NCBI GenBank assembly: GCA_965202585.1
Contig: CBDBBG010000042.1
Location: 1-64,000 of the forward strand
Origin: Thalia democratica
Taxonomy: Eukaryota
Direction of reading: 5' to 3'
Length of the DNA: 64,000 nucleotides
Below, in pieces: positions 21,301 through 33,300 of this stretch. Positions within the stretch are counted from its first letter, which is position 1. Each line of letters opens with the position of its first letter. The notes below the pieces were generated by a model, which made no database searches, had not been told where the DNA came from, and saw only the letters and a list, made by a program, of their open reading frames with translations. The position numbers were made by a program, and so were the translations under genes.

Positions 21301-24300
21301 TGATTTATATACTTAAATTTTATGTATTTTATTATATTTAACATATAATTACAGCATAATTTATAAAATCCATTTAAATTATTAAACAGACATTTCAACT
21401 GCTAATTTATCAAAATAATTCAAAACTTTTAAGTCAAACAAAAACAATTTAAAGATTAAATTTATATGTTAATATATTGGCTTAATTCAAATTTTATACT
21501 TCCACAGATGTGGTGTAACATATTTTTTAAATGTTAATATTTTGCATAACTAAATGTTATAACAAAAACACGTGACAACCCATGTATTAACCTTATTATT
21601 ATTTCTTTGAAGTTTTTATTGCATATGTCAAGCATCAAAACAAGTTTGTTCAAACTTTAAAATTTATTTTTATAAAGTTCACAACAAAGGTGGCATTTAA
21701 AAAAAAATTACACCGCATGATGAAAACTGTAAAATTTTTTTTTTTTTTTTATTTGAATTTTCTTGTTGCATGACATTATAAAATAAAATTGCAGTATCCA
21801 TTTTATTAAAATAAACGTTTAAGTTTTTTACACGATCATCGTAAATACTTTTACACGTTGAAACGTAATTCGACAGCTATTAATAGACGAATTGTGACTA
21901 AACAATAAACTCAAGTGTGAATACGACAACATAAAAACTATATAAAAAATTAAATGAAAAACGCGCCATGGCAATATTTTCTTTGTTTGTTTTTTTATCT
22001 TGAGCGCAAACGTGTCTATATAAAAATCAAAGCATGCAAGTAGTTGTGAGTTTCTTATTTAAACATTTTAACTAATTAAACATATTCTTTTAATTAGTAA
22101 ACTTCAACTGACCCAGCAAAGTACTTCTGAGAGTTGAGCACTTTGAATTTCTTATTTAAATAATTTAGTTTAAAACACTTGTCAAACTTCAAATACAACA
22201 ATTAACCCAACAAAGTAACTCTGATAGAGTAGTTCTTGTTTATATTTTTTATATAAACTATATCCAAAAAAGTAACTCTGACAGTTGAGAACAGAGTAAT
22301 TCCTGTTTATACTTTTTATTTAAACCATTATTTTTTAATTAGCATATTTCGACTGACCCAGCAAAGTAATTCTGAGTGTGTAGCACTGAGCAGTTTTTTG
22401 TATATAAATATTATTGAAAAATATTTATTATACTTAATATATACTATACTAACCCAACAATGTGATTCTGAGCAATGAGCACTGAGCAACTTTTCGTATA
22501 TTTTTAATTTAATTATTATTTTCTTTAATAATATACAACTACTGACCCAACAATGTGACTCTGAGTGTGGAGCACTGCGCGATTTTTCGTATATATTTAA
22601 TTTAATTATTATATTTTTTAATAATATACAACTACTGACCCAGCAATGTGATTCTGAGTGTGGAGCACTGCGCGATTTTTCGTATATATTTAATTTAATT
22701 ATTATATTTTTTTAATAATATACAACTACTGACCCAGCAATGTGATTCTGAGTGTGGAGCACTGCGCGATTCTGTGGTGGGTCTGCAGCATTCCGTCGGG
22801 AACCTCGATGTACCGAATACCGATGTGCCGGATGCTGAACACTGCCACCACTTCCAACAACTTGTCGTTGTAAGACGGTGCTACGAACGTCTGTGAATTA
22901 TAACAGTTCTATTAGATGTAAGTATGTATGTATATATATATGTATATATATATATATCAAAGGTTTATTTCAAGATGTATAACTCAAAGAACTCGAGTTT
23001 CGTGCCTATGCACCCATCAGCTTCAAAACAAGTTTAAACTCAAACCTCGGAAGCTTGCTTGGTGCCCCAGAAGTTCAAGCCGCCGCAGTAGCTGGGTATG
23101 TTCAGCACCACTATGCCCTGAAGTGGGGGCAGCGATATCACCTTGCCGTCGCACTCCAGCGACACCCGGTGGTGGAGGTTCTTGAATGAGGGGAGCGCGA
23201 ACTCCACGTGATCCCAGCAGCCCGTACCACATGCGGTTCTTCAGTCGGCTGGAATATAGTTTTTGTTGTTTTATAAACAAAAACTTAAATATAAACATAT
23301 ATATTTGTATTTTTTTTTACAAGAAATTTTACAATTTAGTACATATTAGAAATTTACTACATGCGGTTCTTCAGTCGGCTGGAAAAGTGTTTTGCAAACT
23401 TATATTCTTTTCACAGCACCGGGGTGCGATATATATCGGTACACTATCAAAATCCACCCGCGTTCAAAATCCACCCATTTTTTTCTTTAATTATTATTTA
23501 GCTTTATACTTTTTTGCATTTAATTTTTTTTTCACTCTCACTGTTTCCCCTAAACCTTTACCTTCGATCGGTAAGCGGTTCTCAAATTTTTCTGGGTTGA
23601 TTTTGAACGCGGGTAGATTTGAACGTGTCCCCAAATGAACAAACATAAAAGCATAAAAAACTTCGCAACACCATAAGTTTTGATCCAGTGTTGAGACTAA
23701 TTTTTGTGTGAAGCTGTTCTTGTTCAAACTCATTATTAGTCAGTATTATTCATAACTTATAAAAAAAAGATTCTATTGTATATCACGCAGTATTTGTTTT
23801 AACAATGTCAACAAACTTACCCGAACTTCTTCGGTTGCAGTTCCCTCTTTTTGTGGAACTCCAAGCTCACTTTGGCGTCCAAGCCGATTCCGAAATAATT
23901 GTTCATCACGCATTTCTCAGACGTCTGTAACCTGTCAAATTATTACGAGTAAATAAAATTATAATTGTATCTAATAAGAACTTGTGAACACTGTTTAAAT
24001 ATTACTTGTTAGGAAAATATTGATTACGAATCAGGCAGATGGTATAATTAAGTGAATAAAATGATTTAATTTTAAAAATTAAAATGTAAATAAATGATCA
24101 TAAAACTATTGCTTATTTGAATAAACTATGCAGATTAACAAATAACAAACCAAATATATACACGAAAACATATTCAAGTATCAAACTAACAATTGTGTAA
24201 AACTTATAATACAAATAATATATATATATATATATTTAAATATCAAACTTACAATTGTGTAGGGCAATGGTGACACATCGGGGTCGCAGGGGCGCATACT

Positions 24301-27300
24301 GTCTGCGCGTTGCTTATCAGCGCCCTCTCGAGGAACGACGCCCGCAAGTTGTGAGAGTACTTCGGATTTATTACTGTAAGAATATAAAATAATGAAAATA
24401 ATTAAATTCGAATTGAATAGCAAGAATTAGCAATGTTTTGAGCACTTTGAGTTTGTTACGCTTTGAAATAGTGAAAGTGTAAAGTAAATAATAAAACAGT
24501 TAAAAAACTGTCATTCAAGTTTGGAAAAAAAATGTATTATAGTTAAATAAATTGTGGCTTTTTTTAAATTAAACAAATCTAATTCCAGACATGTTATCGA
24601 AAAAAAAAAACTTAATTGATATGTATATTACGCATTACCAGTTTAAAATTTCGTGAAAACAAACTTTAGTCTAATATAAAAGGTATATTCTTGTTTACTT
24701 TCCTCATAGTAATGAAAATAAATACTTCACTTTTGACTTAAAAACTTTATGGAAGTATCAAGTTATTTAAATATAAAAATTAAATCATTTTTCTATCTCA
24801 TGATATTTAAATGAAAGTATACTTTTACTTCTTAGTAAGATAAAGTTTCTGTTTATTTAGTAAGTTAGTTAAGTTATTTGATTAAAAACACAAACTTTGT
24901 TTAAAAAGATTTGAAATAGAAGCATTTATTTAGATCTTATTTAAAAAACGTTTTTTATAAAATATAAAAAAAATAAGCTTTACTTAAACATTGTTAACCA
25001 TTTAAATGTACAAAACAAACAAACTAACGCAAAGGTTTTTTATTTTTGTTGTTTGTGTTGAGGAAGTTGTGAAACAGCGGATGACAAGGTAAATGTGACG
25101 TCATAGTACCCATGTTTTTAGGGAATTCCCCGAACATTGCGTCATCTTTTAGTATGGATGAATATGATTTATATTTTAGAAAGTACATAAGTTTTTTTGT
25201 TAATTTTATACAACTAAAGATGCATCTAGGTTTTTAAAAGGTGTAAGTTTTTCAAAGCCAGTTTTAAAAATATGGTTAAAGCAAATAAAACTTTAAATAG
25301 AACTACTGAGTACAATAATCAGCACACTTAAACTATATCTAACTTTATATAAAATACCTTAATTATTTACTTATTTTTATATTTTATTAATTGTAACAGA
25401 GCTAACCATTTTCGCTTGATTTCGATTCCTTCTTTCTGATTACACTGCAAAAAATATTTAGTTGTTTTTTTTTACACTAGTATTTTTTACAAGATCGTGG
25501 CACATATAACTATCCTTAATGACATTTTAGATATTTAACTATTTATTACTACTTTAACAGTTAAATCTAGAAATATTTTCAATAAAAACTAGTTTATAAC
25601 ATTTATATAATCCAAGTTGTAGTAAAACTATAAATAAAAGCAGAACAAGCTATTAAAGCGTTACTGCGAGATTTATATATATATATATATAGAAATAACA
25701 TATATATATAATATATATATATAACTTGGCAGCTTTACAGAGTAATTGAACCTGTAAGAAAAATTTACATATCTTTATATAAAGATTAATGCACCTAAAA
25801 GTATAAATAAACTTAAAAATAACAACTTGAGTACTTTTGTGTAACATTTTATTTTGAATGCTATATCAAAGATAAGTGCAAATATCAAGCGCAAAAGTTT
25901 AATCTTTTAATTCCTTTCAAATTTATACATGTTTATTGAGGCAAAAAGTTCAAAATAACTTAATGCTTGAAAGGCTGAAACGATAAATTTACAACAGTTG
26001 AGGGTAATTTGCAACAAATGGGAACAAATTGAACAGTAATTATACCCAAATTTAAAAAGACGAAATTTGAAAATGTCTGTGCGCAGGTAAGACGGGGTTT
26101 TATAACATTCAATAATTTAGCTCATAATCTTTATTAGAATTTAATACAAATTTGCAAACAACTTAATACTCAGTGAGGTTTAACCACTTGAAATTGTAAC
26201 AAATACCGTTTTTAAAGCAAATTAAGATATTTTGTTGCGCAAATTTTTAGTGCAAAATATTTTATGAAATTTGTAACAAATTACAACGCTTAAGTGGGAA
26301 TTATCTCTACAAGTCGTGCGTAAATTTCTGAACACGTTTACACAAATTTTAAAACTTTAAATTGGTGTTTAATATTGTTTTTGAAATTCAAAATATAAAT
26401 ATATGTTCTATAAAAAAATTTGAAACAAATTATTAAGTCTATGAAAATTAATTTCTTAAAGTTTACAAAGTTAACAGTTATGATTAAAAGTTTGAATTTT
26501 ATGCTCTCAACTAAGTATAAAAACAATATCATAACACACTATAAAAAAAACATATTTAAAATTTCTAAATAGTGTTTTCACTTAAAGCTAAAGAACTTCC
26601 ATAAAAAGAAAAACAAAAATAATACAAAATTTTGATCAAAAGAATCAGTTACTAATTTTACAACCAAAGTTTTTCTTTTTATTTTATAATAATTTAAATA
26701 AAATAACATCAAGTATTTTTTTCTAATCTAACATATTCCTACTCCCACCACTAACATCGGTAAAACTATCCAGTGCATTGTCAATTTTATACAAATATTA
26801 TTTTTTTTTTTTCACTTACCTAGTACTTACATCTCCCCCACTCCTCAGATTATCGAGCGTCTCGTCGATCTTGTAAAGATTTCCTCCGCTAGGTGACGAC
26901 GTCGCGTCGCTCGATGACGTCATCATGTTTTGCTCGTCAAAACTGTTGGGAGAAAATGAGAATCAAGTGGTTCTGATAGTTATAATAATCAAATGTAGCT
27001 ACAGTACAGGGCAAAAATAATTATAGAAAGTCATGTGGAAGTAATTGACAGTCTTTTTGTTTGACCTGTTGTTTGTTTATGACTTTGTAACGTTTATTTG
27101 TTTTGTTAGCATGGCTAAAAAAGCTAGCTAACATATCACCGCATGTGAATCTTCAAAATTAATTTATCATTTTGCTTAATTCAAATACAAAACTAATAAT
27201 AGCATGATTAAGGATAATAAACGTGAACAGAAGTTCATTCTTCGCTTTAAATCACAAATGATAAAAATTAGAAGAGCTCGAATCTAAGCCATTTTTTAGG

Positions 27301-30300
27301 CTAAATTAATGAATAAACAAACTAGATTCGGTGTGTTCCATTATTTTCTGCACGGCTTTCCGGATGCTGTTGGCCCTCAGCATCACTTGAGAACTTATCT
27401 TGAATCTTGGCGATTTCTGCGAAAAATATTGCACAATAGTTTGATATAAATATTGTATTTAAACTAAAAGTTAGAGCAAAAACTGTCGGTGCGTTATTTT
27501 TAGCATATAGTTGACGCCACTTGCTCTCAGCACTACTTAAGAATTTATGTTGAGCCTCGGTGATTTCTATTAAATTCAGTGTAAAACATTTCGTAAATGG
27601 GCAGAGTAGTCGGTAAATAAGAAAACAATTTCTATCTTCTATAAGATTACTATGCAAGTCAACAAAAACGTTTTAACATTTTGCAGCTGAATCATGTATT
27701 TAGGAATTAAACAACTTATTAAGCAATTAAGTAAACTTTATCTTGTAAAGCTTGTATAATTTAAATTTAAAGCACAGCATTTAAAATTAAATTAACAACA
27801 ATATGGTGTCCCACTGACCTTGCTAGCTAGTTTTGAAGGAGACCTGGTAGGAGATTTATTGAGTTTTTCTTCAGGGTTTTCCCCACTGTTTGACGGCTTG
27901 TCGCCAAGAAAATGGGACGCGGGTCGGAACTGGAAATAATAAAAACATTTTTATTACACTGTGATCTTTCATAAACTTCTGTATACATAAATACGTACAG
28001 ACTTATTTAAAATTTATACATTGGTGAAGATTCTAAATTAATAAGAGAAATCTTAATCAGTTGTTTTAAAATTGGTTTTCAACCTATGCTTAATTTTGAA
28101 ATAAACTATATATACCTTAAAAATAAATTTTCCACTAAAATAATAAAAAACTTAAATTATTAATAAATATTTGTAGCTTAGTTTTTACAATCAAGGTTCA
28201 ATTATTTTAAATTCATCATAAAAAACCTCATTGTTATTATTGTGTCCCAACTTAAAGATTTTGTATTTATCCTTATATGTTTACTCGTATTTTGACTGTT
28301 ACAAAAACTTTTTATATAATTAAAAAGCATTTTCATTGCGAAATCAAAATAAAAACCTCATTGTTGTTTTTGCTTCCCTGTTCGATCTCCTTGTTCAGGG
28401 TGTCCATGAGTGACGTCACCTTCTGGTCGAGCACCCTGCACATCTGGTTGTCATGGCAACCGTTTTCATGGCCCCTCCTCTCCACCGTCGCCACCAAGTT
28501 CTTCATTGTTCGGCATAGCTCGCTGTATAACGAAAACATAAAACAAATTTAAATTTTATTTTTAAATAAAAATTATTTTTAGTGTAAAATCACATTTGAT
28601 GTTGTGAATTAAGAAATAAATATAATTTTATTATATTTAAAAGAGTAAACAATTTAAAGCTGCACAATTAGTTTAAAATAAAACAAAAGTTATTTTTTAT
28701 ATTTTACAAAAAAGCTATAAAATTGCAATTAGTGCGTTTTGGTTATTGTTTCATTAGACAACTATTTGAAAATTTTAGTATAGCTTTGTCTGAAACAGTA
28801 GTTAATTGGATTTGTTTTGGACCTCGGAGTACGGCTTAACTGTTTTCTTTTTTTTATTTCTTACTTATTGCAAAAATGGTTTCCACCCAAATTTTTTCTG
28901 ACTTACATGAGTAACATATTGTGTTTAAATTTTAATTTTCAAAGCAAAAGTATGAAGAAAAACCAACGAAAAGTCCAAACTGAAAACTTTTATATAAACA
29001 TTTTCGTTACACGGTGTAAAACTTAATCAGTTATTTTAAGTGTTGAAATAGTTTAAAAGTTTCAATCTATACGTTTTAATTTTGAGCAAAAAAACACTAG
29101 TGTTCACTTAGTTTTTTTCAAATGCAGTAAACAAAACAAGGTTAATTTAAAGTTAACTATGAACTAATTTAAAACTTTATTATTAATGGGTATACTACGC
29201 ACTTCCAATTAAAATTTCAGCAAAAAAAATATTTATCTAATATAAAAGGCGTCTCTTTGTCTTGTTTCTTAATTTTAATAAGATTCAATGTACACATTTA
29301 TATTCAAGCAAACAACTTAATTAGTGAAAAGACTAGCAACTACTTTGTTTTTCAAAACCTTTCCTGTACTGCATTGACGTATTAAAACTAAATCTGCACA
29401 AATTGAGTTAACTCTTTATTGAAAAGGTTACAACGCGTTTCCTGTACATAATTTCATCAAAACAAATTTTAATCCAATTTAAAGGCTTCCTGTTTGTCTA
29501 GTTCCTCAATATCGACAAAATGAACACCAGACCTTTTACTTTTGAGCGTCACGAAAGTAATAAGTTAAACAAATGAATCAAATTAGTTTTCTCAAGAGAT
29601 GTCGTATGAAAGCTCACTTTTACTTTTAGTCTTGAAGTCATAGCAGTGTTTGTTTAGTACTTTTTATTGTCATGTTTATTTGAAAATAGATAGTCTACTC
29701 TCTATTTCATAAAGAAAATTATTGATCTCAAACTTCTAACCTTAACAAAAAACACATTTATCTTATTCACTTATTATGGGTATAAAAATACATTCACTTA
29801 TTCAGGGTTGCCACAGGTTGAGCTGAAAAAAAAATCCTGACTTTTCCAGACTTTTCTAAACATTCTAAAGAAAACAACATTAGCAAAATGCATTTGTTAG
29901 TGATGATAAACTTTCTTATTAAGAGCATGTTTGTATCAAATTTCCTGACTTTGCTGACTTTTTTCAAAAGATTCCATTTTTTTCCGACTTTTATAATTTA
30001 CTTTTATTTTTCCTGACTTTGTGGCAACCCTGTTTATTCCATAGCTAGGCTTCCAAAACACAGTTATTTGAAGTTTGAAACTGTAAACTTAAAGAAGTTT
30101 ATCAAATATTTCATAAACAATGCTTCGCCTAATGCGCTCATCGGTATGATGTATAAGAAAGCTGCAAGTTTGAATGCACATGCAAGTTTAGATTTAAACT
30201 AGATTGATATACAATATATCATGTTTATCTATTGTAACTGTATTGTTTAAAACGTGGTAGATTGAAGAACTTGCTGAAATTACTTATAAACTTGTCTTAG

Positions 30301-33300
30301 TAGTAATAAAAATAATATAGCAAGTAAAAGATAAAATGATAGGAACGTTTTAAGCAAATGTTTTAATTTTTCACTTGCTTACAAAAGGAGATATAATAAA
30401 TAATTGCAGATTGAACAAAAACTAATTTAATTTTTTATTTTGTATGAGTACAATGAACTAACGTTGCAGATTGGAGGACTTGTTGGGGCTGATTTGAATG
30501 CAGCATGTTGGATATTTGATCGGATACCGTCGATTCACATATTTGTAGTTCCTCATTCATCTAAATTAAATAAATATACAATAAGTATTATTTACAATAT
30601 AAAAAAACAACTTATTTTTGAATCGTTTACTAAGTTACAATGTTTAGTACATATCTTCAGAACGAAATAAAGAACAAAGCAAAAATTTAGAGAATCACAC
30701 AAAAAAAAACACATAGTGACGTTTCAAATAAAAATGAATAATTTTAGTTAGCCCATTCTAAAAACAACTTATGTACAAGTCAACTTATTTTTGCTTTGTT
30801 TGTTCTTATATTTGGTTTTATTTTGTTGTTATTTTTTGTTATTAATTAGCGGTTTTGTATAATAAGTATTAAATATAATAACTAGCATGTTCGTTGTTTG
30901 ATTACAAACTGTTGACTTACATATTTGTAATTCCTCATTCATCTAAACTAATTAAAAACAAAATAATGTTTGATATCTTATCAAAAACTAATGATCACAT
31001 GTTTGTAATTCATCTGACATACAAAAGCAAGTAACACTTTGAAAACATATATACTTTTTTTAGTATGAAATTTATTATTGATCTTCATACGCTGTTATTA
31101 TTATTTCATAAAAAAGGCATCATCAGAGAATATTTAATTACAAAACGTTTACACTTTCACAAATTTAAAAACAAAAAAACATACGTCCTGCTTGCTTGCT
31201 ATTTGGTTAGTTTTCTTCTCTTCAGCGCCCTTTGGTGGCTCGTAATTCACATCCCTCTCATAAGTCAGTACGCTCCATCTGTGTAAAAATTTTGTAAGTA
31301 GTATTTATAAGCAAACGTGTCCAATAAAAATTGTTAGTAAAACTTGAAACTGCCGGACCAGTCTGTTTGGCAAACGCTATCTTTTATTTCTGCTTAAAAT
31401 TACTATCGATAATTAAAATATGGTAAAACTTATCTAAACTATTTGTCGCAACACTAAAAAAACAGTGTCAGGTTTTAAAACTTTCTGATTTTGCCAAACT
31501 AGTGCCTTTCAACAACTATTCATGCTACCCACACAAAACACATCAACAAAAACAAACAAAACAACCAACCTGTCCAGCATCTTAACACTCGCCCTCTCGC
31601 ACCTCTGCACTATGACGTGAGCGGTGACGTCATCGTCGCACGTGTTTCCCCACCCCATCACCTGAGCGAGGTCGTTGCCTGTTCCGAGTGGAAGGACGCA
31701 GACTCTCATCTGGAAAGAATAAAGTTTGATAATGTAGTATATTTATTACTATTTATATAAAAAGTTGCTCCAACAAAAATGAGGTAATATTTAATAACTT
31801 TTTTATTACGAAAACTCTCATCTGGAAAGAAAACATAATGAAGTTTTAAAAACATTAATTTTTTTTTCAAATTTTACGTGCGTTCTCAATAGGGGGGACC
31901 GATAAAATAACCAAAGAAATTATTAAATGGTTGTCCAGTATTTTTGATAGTATTTTAACTACAATTTTAATTACAATTTGAGTAATAAGTTGCTCTAACA
32001 AACAGGTGGGAGTATTCAAGGATTTTTTTATTACTAGTTTATTTTATCATATAACTTAGTTGTGTTTCCATCCCTGTTACTATAGGGAGTATGCGTACTC
32101 TTATCTAAAAGGCAAATAGGTATTTAACTCACACTACTGAAATGCAAGTTTTACAGTTATTGCACGTGTACAAAAGAGTTGTATTAATTGTTTTCTAGAC
32201 TAATTAGTTTTTATTGTTTTCCAGCCCCGTCATCAGGGCTAAACCTTCGCCTGTACCCAATGGTGTAATGTATAAAGTGAAAGCTTTTTTGAGGTTTTTA
32301 ATGATTTTTGTTCAAAACTCAAGGTTTTTTAGTCTAAATTGTCAAGTTCCAGGTTTTTCCAAGACTCCAGGTTTTATGCAACCCTGACATACATGTAACC
32401 ACTGGACAACCGTTTAATAATTTATTTAGTTATTTTATCGGTCCCCTCCCCATTGAGAACGCACGTAAAATTAAAAAAAAAAAAGTTAAATTTTTCAATG
32501 TTTTTAATTAGAAAGTCAACGCAACAAACTTTTAGAATATTTTTCGTGTCACTAAAAATACTTTTACAAAACTGTATTAGATTTATTTTTAATTACAAAA
32601 AAAATCATAATGTGCTAACGTTAAGCAGTATAACTTAGTAACTTATAAGAATTTCATATAACTTCTATTTTTGTAAAACAGTACTTTATACTAAAATTAC
32701 GATCACTGTGTATATACTTTACCTAAAACTGGGTTTAAAATACTTCTACACTATACCTACTTAAGTTGTACTTTTTTTGTTATATAAGTTTAGAGACCTT
32801 TACGAATTTATTACATAATCCAACTTAAATTGAACTTATTAAATTGAGGATTTTTTAAATGCATAACAGCGAATAAAATTTCATATTCCATTATATAATA
32901 ATAACAAAAAATGAGTTTTGAGATCTAAAAAGTAGTTTGATATCAAATGATTTTATCAAATTAATCATTTTGACAGCATACAACAACAAATAAAATTAAT
33001 AATCAGTTATTAGATTACAATGAACTATTTTTTCTCACTTCCTGTTATAAAGTACAACTTAAAGTAAATAATAAAATCCAATTACAATTTGATAATAAAT
33101 GCAACAGAATATGATAAACTTCCTGTGAGACATTTTTTATTTTATTTTAAAGCTGACTTGTTTGGAAATTTAATAACTTAAAGACAACCGATCGTTAAAT
33201 TAGGGCTGAATAAAAATTGTAAAGAAGTAATTACTTCCAGAGAATTACATTTGAATTAATCATATGACTTTAAGTAGGCGTTTACTTTAAAACTAAATAA

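Noticed and set aside
22090-22770. CRISPR-like appearance of the polarised repeat array
   Set aside because: Whole units including the intervening sequence are homologous, there are no unique spacers or cas genes, and the repeat is a piece of the host exon in a eukaryotic intron.
22928-23638. ORFs 22928..23185, 23023..23298 and 23186..23638 as separate genes
   Set aside because: They are antisense or frameshifted readings of the DGK accessory exon plus intron and MITE sequence.
27322-27657. ORF-track frame [22 protein letters not shown] as the DGK linker
   Set aside because: The neighbouring frame gives the conserved MLRANS motif and fits exon phases.
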